DNA of 64,000 nucleotides from an uncultured Lachnospiraceae bacterium (GTDB lineage Bacteria; Bacillota; Clostridia; Lachnospirales; Lachnospiraceae): NCBI GenBank assembly GCA_902779575.1, contig CACZBW010000020.1, positions 24 to 64,023 of the forward strand, read 5' to 3'. Shown piece by piece: positions 1 to 7,854 of this stretch (position 1 is its first letter; each line of letters starts with the position of its first letter). The notes under the pieces were generated by a model. It saw only the letters and a program-made list of their open reading frames with translations, ran no database searches and was not told where the DNA came from. The position numbers and the translations under genes were made by a program.

Positions 1-129
1 AAGGGGTGTAGTTCATCCGCAAACGAACTCGTATCGGTAGAGCATATCGGTAAATAAATCAATGATTGTGTCTAAAAAATCTCCATGGTTACATTATGAA
101 TTGCCAATACGTTCGGGTTCACATGCACC

Positions 130-699
130 TCACAGGTTCTGGCCCCGGACCCCGTCCGCTGCCGGCTCAAAAATCCTCCTGGACAGGGCGAGCAGCTTTT
201 TTGCTTCACCGGCTGCCCCGGCCGGCATATTCTGGTTCATAAAATCGATACAGGCCCCGAACAGCTCATAGCGGATGAAGCGCAGCATGAGCTCACTCCC
301 GGCAGGATCAGCGCCGGCGCCTGTTTTCAGCCACACGGAGTCGTACCAGGTCCTGACCACATAGGAACACACGCTCATGAGGTACTGTTCAAATACTTCC
401 CGCTTGACGGAATGATAGATGTGGCTGATGGAACGCCTGTTTTCCAGTATAAAGCTGAACACGGCATCCACGCATTCATCAAGCGTGGAAATGTCCGGGT
501 ATGCCCGGATGAAATTATCGGTTTCGTCCCGGATGATCTCCTCCATAAGCGAAGGAATGTCATGATAATGATAATAGAAGGAATTACGGTTGATGCCGCA
601 GTCGGCGGCAATATCAACCACGGTAATATGGGTCAGGGGGCGCTCGTCAAGCAGCTTCAGGAACGACGCTTTTATCGCTTTCTTCATCAGGTTCGACAT
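130..699 (-). CDS. TetR/AcrR-family transcriptional regulator
   Basis: ORF 130..801(-), start trimmed to ATG 699 (MSNLMKK). N-terminal HTH block KASFLKLLDERPLTHITVVDIAADCGINRNSFYYHY is TetR-like. Divergent from the transporter gene at 947. Confidence 0.85.
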   Translation of the reverse strand: MSNLMKKAIKASFLKLLDERPLTHITVVDIAADCGINRNSFYYHYHDIPSLMEEIIRDETDNFIRAYPDISTLDECVDAVFSFILENRRSISHIYHSVKREVFEQYLMSVCSYVVRTWYDSVWLKTGAGADPAGSELMLRFIRYELFGACIDFMNQNMPAGAAGEAKKLLALSRRIFEPAADGVRGQNL

Positions 700-946
700 T
701 TGATTTTCCTCACGGATCAGAAGGAAGGTTCCGGTCTGATTATAAAGGCAGATTTCCAGCCGGCGCAAGTACAACGCAGCAGCAGCATATTTTTTAGGCA
801 TATCAGGCAGTCTGTCTGATTTTCAGGCGTCAGGGCATGAACGCCTGTTTTCTTTTTTGCGCAGCTACTTTAGAGTAGGCACATAGCAGTTGGCAGTCAA
901 TAGTGCAGACTGCTGACAAGTCAAAAGAAGGAGGCTGTACTGCAAG

Positions 947-3031
947 ATGAGTTTTTCTGAAACAGTGGTAAAAAGAAGGATTCCGATTCTGATTATAACA
1001 CTGCTGCTGATGATTCCCGCCGTCCTTGGAATGATCAGGACAAGGGTCAATTATGATATGCTCGATTACCTGCCGGCGGATATGGATACCGTAATCGGGC
1101 AGGACGAGCTGATGAAAGAGTTCGGGAAGGGAGCATTTTCGATCCTGATCTTCGAGGATATGCCGGATAAGGATGTGGATGCGCTTCTGGATAAGATCCG
1201 GGAGCTGCCTCATGTGGACAGTGTCCTGTGGTATTCTTCCCTGGCGGATCTTTCCGTTCCCAGAGAAATACTTCCGGACCGGATCTACAGAGTCTTCAAC
1301 ACGGATCACTCGACAGCGGCGGCTATCTTTTTCGACAGCAGCACCTCTGCTGACGTAACGATGGACGCAATCAGGCAGATCCGTTCGATCGCGGGAGAAC
1401 AGTGCTTTGTCTCAGGCATGTCCGCACTGGTCACTGACCTGAAAGATCTTTGTGAAAAAGAAGAACCGATCTATGTAGGGCTGGCTGTCATCTGTGCGCT
1501 GGCGGCGATGTTCCTGCTTCTCGACAGCCTGCTCGTACCGCTGGTATTTATAGCTTCGATCGGAATGATGATTGTTCTCAACCTCGGGAGCAATTTCTTC
1601 CTGGGAGAGATCTCCTATATTACGAAAGCGCTTTCCGCGGTCCTGCAGCTGGCGGTAACTATGGACTATTCGATCTTCCTCTGGAACAGTTACAACGAGA
1701 AGCGCCTGAACATGCGCACAGCCGGCGCCGCGGAAGATAAGAATGAGGCGATGGCCATGGCCATACACGAAACGCTTATTTCCGTGATCGGCAGTTCCGT
1801 CACGACCGTAGCCGGCTTTATCGCCCTTTGCTTTATGAGCTTTACGCTTGGGCGTGATCTTGGAATCGTCATGGCCAAGGGCGTGCTGCTTGGCGTGATC
1901 GGATCCGTAACGGTTCTGCCCTCCATGATCCTTATTCTGGACAGGCCGCTGCAGAAGAGCCGCCACAAGGCGCTGATACCGCAGATGTCTGCTTTTTCGG
2001 AGCGGATGGTGCGCAAGGGCCCGGTATTTCTGATCCTCTTTCTGATACTTCTCGGGCCTTCGGTCTGGGGATATCAGAAGACGAACAGCGAAGTCTATTA
2101 TGACATGGGAAATTGTCTGCCCGATTATATTGAATATGTGGCGGCCAAGAACAAACTGACGGATGAATTCAACATGGCGTCCACACATATGCTGCTGGTG
2201 CGGAGCGATATCCCGTCTTCAGACAAACGGGCCATGATCGGCGAAATGGAAGATGTCGATGGCGTGAAATTCGTTCTCGGGCTTGAATCCCTGACCGGGG
2301 GACTGCTTCCGGAGGAGATGCTCCCTGAGCAGATTCTCGGCCTGCTGAAGAGCGGAAAGTGGGAACTGATGATGATCAGTTCCGAATATAAGGTGGCCAG
2401 CGAACAGGTCAACGATCAGATTGAAGCGCTGAACGACATTCTGAAAAAGTATGATCCCGACGGGATGCTGATCGGGGAAGCGCCCTGCATGAAGGATATG
2501 ATCGAAACGACCGGCCATGATTTCAAGGTGGTCAATGCAGTCTCCATCCTGGCGATCTTCGTGATCATCCTTCTGGTGGAACAGAGCCTCTCGCTTCCCG
2601 TCATCCTGATCGCGGTGATCGAGCTGGCGATCTTCATCAACCTAGGCCTGGCACATTTCCTGGGTCAGTCACTTCCGTTCATCGCCCCCATCTGTATCAG
2701 CACCATCCAGCTTGGCGCTACAGTGGATTACGCGATCCTGATGACGACCCGGTATAAAAATGAGCGCAGAGCGGGTGCGGACACAAAGAGTGCTGTGAAG
2801 ACCGCCATCGCGTCGAGTGCTCCGTCCATTATCGTAAGCGGCGCGGGACTGTTCGCGGCCACCTTCGGTGTCGCCGTGTATTCAAATATTGATATTATTC
2901 GATCCATGTGCATGCTGATGGCCAGAGGCGCAGTGATCAGCGTAATCTGCGTCATCGCTTTCCTGCCGGCCATGCTGATGGCATTTGACAGGGTAATCAG
3001 GGCAACTACTTTGAAGATGAAGGAGGCATAG
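947..3031 (+). CDS. MMPL/RND-superfamily membrane transporter (YdfJ-like)
   Basis: 694-aa ORF with GAAGGAGG upstream. Two polytopic hydrophobic blocks (aa ~170-340 and ~520-690), each preceded by a soluble region, which is the MMPL layout. Confidence 0.85.
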   Translation: MSFSETVVKRRIPILIITLLLMIPAVLGMIRTRVNYDMLDYLPADMDTVIGQDELMKEFGKGAFSILIFEDMPDKDVDALLDKIRELPHVDSVLWYSSLADLSVPREILPDRIYRVFNTDHSTAAAIFFDSSTSADVTMDAIRQIRSIAGEQCFVSGMSALVTDLKDLCEKEEPIYVGLAVICALAAMFLLLDSLLVPLVFIASIGMMIVLNLGSNFFLGEISYITKALSAVLQLAVTMDYSIFLWNSYNEKRLNMRTAGAAEDKNEAMAMAIHETLISVIGSSVTTVAGFIALCFMSFTLGRDLGIVMAKGVLLGVIGSVTVLPSMILILDRPLQKSRHKALIPQMSAFSERMVRKGPVFLILFLILLGPSVWGYQKTNSEVYYDMGNCLPDYIEYVAAKNKLTDEFNMASTHMLLVRSDIPSSDKRAMIGEMEDVDGVKFVLGLESLTGGLLPEEMLPEQILGLLKSGKWELMMISSEYKVASEQVNDQIEALNDILKKYDPDGMLIGEAPCMKDMIETTGHDFKVVNAVSILAIFVIILLVEQSLSLPVILIAVIELAIFINLGLAHFLGQSLPFIAPICISTIQLGATVDYAILMTTRYKNERRAGADTKSAVKTAIASSAPSIIVSGAGLFAATFGVAVYSNIDIIRSMCMLMARGAVISVICVIAFLPAMLMAFDRVIRATTLKMKEA

Positions 3032-3037
3032 GCAAAG

Positions 3038-4468
3038 ATGCGTAATCATGACAGAAAAACCATATATTCAGGACTGATCGGCACAGCGGCAGCTGTCTTC
3101 ATGCTGTTCGGGCAGGCAGCGGCGGCTGAGACGGAAACACCCTCACAGATAGTGGCAGCGCAGAAGGAAGAGACCGTCTATGTGATTTCGGATCCGGCCG
3201 GAAGCGTAGACAGGATTATCGTCAGCGACTGGCTGAAGAATACAGGACTTACCGACACGCTGGAGGATAAGACCATTCTTTCGGATATTGAAAACCTGAA
3301 GGGAGACGAGACCTTTACGGAATCAGAAGACGGAGGAATCTGCTGGGAAGCCGGCGGGAAGGACATCTTCTATCAGGGAACGGCAGACAAAGAGCTTCCT
3401 GTCACAATCAGCGTGACCGCTCTTCTGGATGGAGATGAAATCAGCCTGCAGGAGCTGGAAGGAAAAAGCGGGAAGCTGACGATCCGCTGGCAGTATGAAA
3501 ACCATGCCGAGAAAAAAGTGACCCTGGAGGAGGAAGAAAGTACGCTGCATGTACCTTTCGCGGCATTGACGGCCTTTATGCCGGATGAAAACATCTGGAG
3601 CGATCTTGAAGTCACGAACGGACGCGCCTTAAGCGACGGTGAGCATACGCTTGTGATCGGCATGGCATTCCCGGGGGTCGCTGAAGACCTTAAGATGCCT
3701 GCCTATGCACAGCTGACCGGCCTCGGAGACGCCCAGGTGCCGGATTATGTGGAGATCACCGGGCAGGTACAGGACTTCACCTGGAACACCGCCTACACTC
3801 TGATCACAAATGAACTGTTCTCGGAAGAAGGTGCGGACCTGTCTGCACTGTTCGATGGTCTTTTCGGAAAACTGGGCGGACTGAAGAGCGGCGTCAGCCA
3901 GATCACGAGCGGCGTGTCTTCCTTTGATGACGGGGCGAAATCTCTGAAAAACGCGTCAAAGAAGCTTGCCGGCGGGCTCGGAGAACTGACTGACCGGCAG
4001 GACGCGCTGCTGGAAGGGGCCGGACAGATCCTTGAAGAAGCGCTGGAAGCGGCAGATTCCAGGCTGAAGGAGGCCGGGATCGAAACGGAGACGCTTACCA
4101 TGGAAAACTACGCCGATCTGCTGGGCGAACTGCAGAAAGAAGCCGGAGAACCCGAGCGTCAGGTTCTGACAGCAGTGCTGGAAAAGCTGACAGCGGCGGA
4201 AAGCTTCTATACCGGACTCGTCTCTTATACAGACGGGGTCAGCTCCGCGAAAGATGCTGCGGATGAGCTTGCTTCAGGCGCCGCCGCTCTGAAAGGAAAC
4301 AGCTGGGAGCTTTCGCTTGGCGCCGGGATCCTGAACGCTGCGATACCTGATTTTTCCAATGTGTCAGAAGCCCTGAAGGAGACTTCGGATCTGGGCGCAG
4401 CCTATGACAATTATTCCGGTATTGCGGACGGAATGACAGGGAAGGTCAGATTCATCTGGAAGCAGTAA
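3038..4468 (+). CDS. Exported protein with XXXLXXG heptad repeats (YhgE/Pip-like), usual partner of MMPL transporters
   Basis: 476-aa ORF after a 6-nt gap from the MMPL stop. N-terminal signal/anchor IYSGLIGTAAAVFMLFGQAAAA. Heptads LKSGVSQ ITSGVSS FDDGAKS LKNASKK LAGGLGE. Confidence 0.65.
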   Translation: MRNHDRKTIYSGLIGTAAAVFMLFGQAAAAETETPSQIVAAQKEETVYVISDPAGSVDRIIVSDWLKNTGLTDTLEDKTILSDIENLKGDETFTESEDGGICWEAGGKDIFYQGTADKELPVTISVTALLDGDEISLQELEGKSGKLTIRWQYENHAEKKVTLEEEESTLHVPFAALTAFMPDENIWSDLEVTNGRALSDGEHTLVIGMAFPGVAEDLKMPAYAQLTGLGDAQVPDYVEITGQVQDFTWNTAYTLITNELFSEEGADLSALFDGLFGKLGGLKSGVSQITSGVSSFDDGAKSLKNASKKLAGGLGELTDRQDALLEGAGQILEEALEAADSRLKEAGIETETLTMENYADLLGELQKEAGEPERQVLTAVLEKLTAAESFYTGLVSYTDGVSSAKDAADELASGAAALKGNSWELSLGAGILNAAIPDFSNVSEALKETSDLGAAYDNYSGIADGMTGKVRFIWKQ

Positions 4469-4547
4469 TGAGGCCGTGAATAGTAACAATCAATGATTGT
4501 GACTAGAAATTGCTTCAAACACTGCTGGCTTTTTCAGCAAATGTATG

Positions 4548-4553
4548 TATAAT
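4548..4553 (+). promoter_or_regulatory. Possible -10 box (TATAAT) for the leader RNA / MazF-like gene
   Basis: Perfect TATAAT in AT-rich DNA ~185 nt upstream of the ORF. No convincing -35, so this is weak. Confidence 0.3.
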
Positions 4554-4591
4554 ATAGTTAGAGGACACTAGTCCTTAAAAAATATTCTTTC

Positions 4592-4612
4592 ACACTTGAA
4601 AAAGTGTTTTTT
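4592..4612 (+). terminator. Weak intrinsic-terminator-like hairpin (GNRA loop + U5) inside the leader
   Basis: ACACTT GAAA AAGTGT followed by TTTTT. The stem is AT-rich, so terminator efficiency is uncertain. Confidence 0.35.
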
Positions 4613-4676
4613 GGCCGACGAGGCCGCTTTAGAAAGAATAAATTGACCGACGAGGTCACTCTGGTTAGCCAGAGCA

Positions 4677-4707
4677 GGGTATGGTTAGCGCCGTACCCTT
4701 ATTTTTT
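4677..4707 (+). terminator. Intrinsic terminator-like hairpin just upstream of the MazF-like gene RBS
   Basis: 8-bp stem (one G.U pair), 6-nt loop, then TTATTTTTT. It ends 13 nt before AAGGAG (4721-4726). Confidence 0.55.
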
Positions 4708-4735
4708 ATCTATACTCGTTAAGGAGAACATCTGA

Positions 4736-5407
4736 TTGAAAGAATATCTTAAAGCACAAAGTAAAACTAACGAGATTATTGTTGGAAATGCTATCAGCGC
4801 AGATGAATTAGATCGCTTCTCAAAATCAGACTTCCGTTGGGCTGATAACAGAAATAAATCCTTCCAACACAGATCTGTAAAGAAGGGTGAAATCTATCAA
4901 TTTGAATTCGGCAAAAATTATATTCCGGAGATGTCTTATGAACATCGTGGGCTTGTGATAGGCGTTAAGCAGAAGTTTCTCTATGTCCTTCCTATCTTTT
5001 CTTACGATCCGCACAAGCATACAGATGTCTACCATCCTGTGGATTTTCCAACTTCCAAAAGTGATATGTTTCTTTTAAAAAGCAATGACTTCTCTTTCAT
5101 TTCGCATGATTCACTGCTAAAGCTTAACGATATAAGAACTGTGAGTATCAATCGAATTCTGTACCAACAGAGCGGACGTATCGATCCTTCTTCGGATACT
5201 TACCGGGAAATAGAGTCACTAGTTCTGCGGAAATTCTTTCCGAGTTTTTTTCATGATTATGAGAATAATAAAAAAACCTTAGCCTCTCTAAATGAACAAG
5301 TTTTATCCTTGACAGAAGATAAGACTAAACTTGAATCCGAAATCAAAAAGCTCAAATCTGAACGGGATTCCATGCATAACAAGTTGAAATCCATAACAAA
5401 TATATAA
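4736..5407 (+). CDS. MazF/PemK-fold endoribonuclease-like protein with N-terminal extension and C-terminal coiled coil (orphan toxin candidate)
   Basis: 223 codons, TTG start 9 nt after AAGGAG. VKKGEIYQFEFG..E..HRGLVIG and DSLLKLNDIRTVSINRI match the PemK/MazF signature blocks. C-terminal LASLNEQVLSLTEDKTKLESEIKKLKSERDSMHNKLK is coiled-coil-like. G+C about 30% by hand count. Confidence 0.75.
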   Translation: MKEYLKAQSKTNEIIVGNAISADELDRFSKSDFRWADNRNKSFQHRSVKKGEIYQFEFGKNYIPEMSYEHRGLVIGVKQKFLYVLPIFSYDPHKHTDVYHPVDFPTSKSDMFLLKSNDFSFISHDSLLKLNDIRTVSINRILYQQSGRIDPSSDTYREIESLVLRKFFPSFFHDYENNKKTLASLNEQVLSLTEDKTKLESEIKKLKSERDSMHNKLKSITNI

Positions 5408-5544
5408 TTCAAAATGGTACCTCCGTTCCCAGAAGTACCTTTTCTTAATCATTTATGGATTTTAACGGCAGTGTTCTCGTGTAAGAAAATTCTATGCAGT
5501 ATCGAAGACTGTCCTAAAACCCTTACAAATAGAGGATCCCATCT

Positions 5545-6045
5545 TTATTTCGGAATCCGCATAAAATAATGCGCCTCATCTTCTCCTGCCAGATACGCTC
5601 CATTTTTCAGCATGACCTTCTGCGAAACAATATTGTCTTTGTTCACCCGCAGATAGATCTCCTCTTCCGGGACGATCTGCTTCGCGATCTGCAGCGTAAG
5701 ACGCAAGCCTTCCGTTCCATAGCCTTTCCCGCGGAAGTCTTTCCGGATGCTGTAGCCGATGTGGCCTGCTCCTTCCCTGAGCGCGTCCGTCAGATAATGG
5801 CGGATCCGGAATTCTCCGACCAGGCGATTCTCATCCCAGAGATAATAATAGGTTTCCGGAACAAACCAGTCCGGCATGTTGACCGGATGCTCATAAGAAA
5901 TCAGTGCCGGAAGCACTTCCTTCATATATCGGTCACAGGAAACGCCATGATATGGGTTCGTCAATCCGTTTTCATCCGCAGGCAGCGCCGTTGTATATTC
6001 CCATTGGGCTGCGGCATCCTGTATGTTGATTTTTCTCAGTTCCAT
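5545..6045 (-). CDS. GNAT-family N-acetyltransferase
   Basis: 166 aa with GGAGAG RBS. Acetyl-CoA-binding-type block IRKDFRGKGYGTEGLRLTLQIA. Confidence 0.85.
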   Translation of the reverse strand: MELRKINIQDAAAQWEYTTALPADENGLTNPYHGVSCDRYMKEVLPALISYEHPVNMPDWFVPETYYYLWDENRLVGEFRIRHYLTDALREGAGHIGYSIRKDFRGKGYGTEGLRLTLQIAKQIVPEEEIYLRVNKDNIVSQKVMLKNGAYLAGEDEAHYFMRIPK

Positions 6046-6103
6046 TATAAATCTCTCCGCTCATACATTCCCGGGATTCATTTATATACTGTCTGTCAGT
6101 ATA

Positions 6104-6994
6104 TCACACAAAATAACAAAGGAGCGGTAAGACTCCGCCCCTCGTCTCAGGATATCGCCCCCGCACCATCTCTTCGCTCAGTTCAAACAGCTTTCTGGCA
6201 TCTCTTCTGCTCTTTGAACGTTTCAATGATTTTGCAATCCTGCATTTATAGAAGTAACCGCCGGAGATATGCCGGACTTCATCATCCGTGGCAAGATATA
6301 TGGCAGTCCTCGCTCCCTCTGCCGGCGTCAGGAAAAACGGCTTCAGCATTCCCGTAATCATTTTTCCGAAGCCGGTTTCTCTGTCCACGCCCATATTGGT
6401 TGCGACCGCGCCCGGATGGCAGCAGTTCACGGTAATTTTCCTGTCCCGCAGCCGCATCGCGAGTTCTCTGGTAAAAAGAACATTGGCCAGCTTGCTCTGG
6501 GAATAAGCCCTTACAACATTGTAGCCGTGCTTCAGATTAATATCGTCAAAATGAATCTTTCCGACTTTATGCGCGCCGGAAGCCACGTTCACAATCCTTG
6601 CACCTGCAGGCATATGATCCAGAAGTTCGGTAGTCAGCAGAAAATGACCGAGATGATTGATGCCAAACTGCCTCTCCACCCCTTCCTTTGTCTCCTGCCG
6701 GTCAAGCGATATAAAGCCTGCATTATTGACAAGAATATCGATCCTGGGATATTTCTCTTTCACGCATCGGACAAAGCCTCTTACAGAAGTATAATCTCCC
6801 AGATCACATATCATCAGATCCAGTTTCCGATCTTTATCTTTTGTAAGCCTCGCAAAGGCCTCCCTGCCTCTCTCCTCGCTTCTGCACAGCATGATCACGG
6901 TGGCCCCTTTATCGCTGAGCGCTTCTGCCGCGGCCATCCCCATGCCGGAATTCGCACCGGTCACAATTGCAATCTTACCTCTGACCTCTGACAT
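6104..6994 (-). CDS. Short-chain dehydrogenase/reductase (SDR)
   Basis: Start set at MSEVRGK (ATG 6994, GGAGAA RBS). TGANSGMG Rossmann motif and YSQSK catalytic motif. Confidence 0.9.
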   Translation of the reverse strand: MSEVRGKIAIVTGANSGMGMAAAEALSDKGATVIMLCRSEERGREAFARLTKDKDRKLDLMICDLGDYTSVRGFVRCVKEKYPRIDILVNNAGFISLDRQETKEGVERQFGINHLGHFLLTTELLDHMPAGARIVNVASGAHKVGKIHFDDINLKHGYNVVRAYSQSKLANVLFTRELAMRLRDRKITVNCCHPGAVATNMGVDRETGFGKMITGMLKPFFLTPAEGARTAIYLATDDEVRHISGGYFYKCRIAKSLKRSKSRRDARKLFELSEEMVRGRYPETRGGVLPLLCYFV

Positions 6995-7177
6995 CTTTTC
7001 TCCTTCCGGCATACACTTTTCCAATTTCCGGGCATGTAAACCAAAACTTCCCATAGCTTAATGGGTATGGGAATCTATAACCCGCTGCTTTCGGCTTTAT
7101 CTGAGCAAATGCAAATCCGCTCACTGTCATATCTGCTGCATCAGCAATCTCCTGTTTTTGCAAAACTCAGAAAGAGT

Positions 7178-7735
7178 TCAGTGAGAAGTTTCATTTTTTT
7201 CGTTCCACCATCTGATCGCTGAATCAAGAATTTCCCGGATAACAGATTCTTTTTCCATTTGATATTCTTCTCTCTGACCGGGCATTTTCCTGGCTGCCAT
7301 ACGCTTTACCTCTTCATATTTCCCGGCAGCTTCAGGAAACGCTGTAAGATAATCCCTAAAGGCAAGGTAATTTGTCCAGACTTCCGATCCTGCTGTCACA
7401 AAATGAATATGGTGCGTGTGATCTTTCATCCCCGGATGTCCTGTGTAATACATCCAGTCATCATCCTTGATCTTTCCGTAATATCCAAAGCCGTCCGCCT
7501 CAAGAAGCGGCCTGCACCGCTCAACAACGCTTTCATCCATAATGGCTGCCGCTATGTCTATAATGGGTTTTGCCGGCATTCCGGGAATGGCAGTGCTGCC
7601 CACATGCTGGTATTCATATATGTTCTGCCCGGCCAGCAGTTTCTCCAGGCGGGAAATCATACGGGCGGCTTCCGCGGCCCATTCAGGATCATACTCACAC
7701 AGACGTACGGTTCCATCCTTAACTCCAAGATCCAT
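7178..7735 (-). CDS. GrpB-family protein (nucleotidyltransferase-fold, UPF0157)
   Basis: 185 aa. YDPEW...HVGSTAIPGMPAKPIIDI...HIHF pattern is typical of GrpB. Confidence 0.8.
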   Translation of the reverse strand: MDLGVKDGTVRLCEYDPEWAAEAARMISRLEKLLAGQNIYEYQHVGSTAIPGMPAKPIIDIAAAIMDESVVERCRPLLEADGFGYYGKIKDDDWMYYTGHPGMKDHTHHIHFVTAGSEVWTNYLAFRDYLTAFPEAAGKYEEVKRMAARKMPGQREEYQMEKESVIREILDSAIRWWNEKNETSH

Positions 7736-7854
7736 TCCCAGTCTCCTTTTTTACAATGAAAGCCTTCGATTAATGCGCCGAGCGGATATGAATGAAAACA
7801 GCACAGGAAGCGGGCGCAGGAGCAGACTGCTGCTGTGCGCCCGCAGGTCTGAGC

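Larger units (their letters stand above)
4560..4707 (+). ncRNA. Structured leader or small RNA upstream of the MazF-like gene (candidate RNA antitoxin or attenuator)
   Basis: Stem-loops read directly from the sequence. AGGAC-ACUA-GUCCU at 4562-4575. ACACUU-GAAA-AAGUGU plus U5 at 4592-4612. GGCC-GACGA-GGCC at 4613-4625. GACC-GACGA-GGUC at 4645-4657. CUCUGG-UUAG-CCAGAG at 4659-4674. GGGUAUGG-UUAGCG-CCGUACCC plus UUAUUUUUU at 4677-4707. Confidence 0.4.

Noticed and set aside
1-57. Partial plus-strand ORF ending at TAA 55-57 (…KGCSSSANELVSVEHIGK)
   Set aside because: Only 18 codons are visible at the window edge, too short to support or identify.
4613-4657. Guanidine-II (mini-ykkC) riboswitch identity for the two GACGA-loop hairpins
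   Set aside because: mini-ykkC hairpins carry an ACGR tetraloop closed by a C-G pair, and here the loop is a 5-nt GACGA on a 4-bp stem. The downstream gene is not a guanidine exporter or carboxylase. Only the two-hairpin architecture is similar.
4681-4722. 13-codon uORF (MVSAVPLFFIYTR) spanning the second terminator and stopping inside the RBS of the MazF-like gene
   Set aside because: There is no usable SD at a functional distance. It is an attractive attenuation or coupling idea, but it is unsupported by sequence alone.
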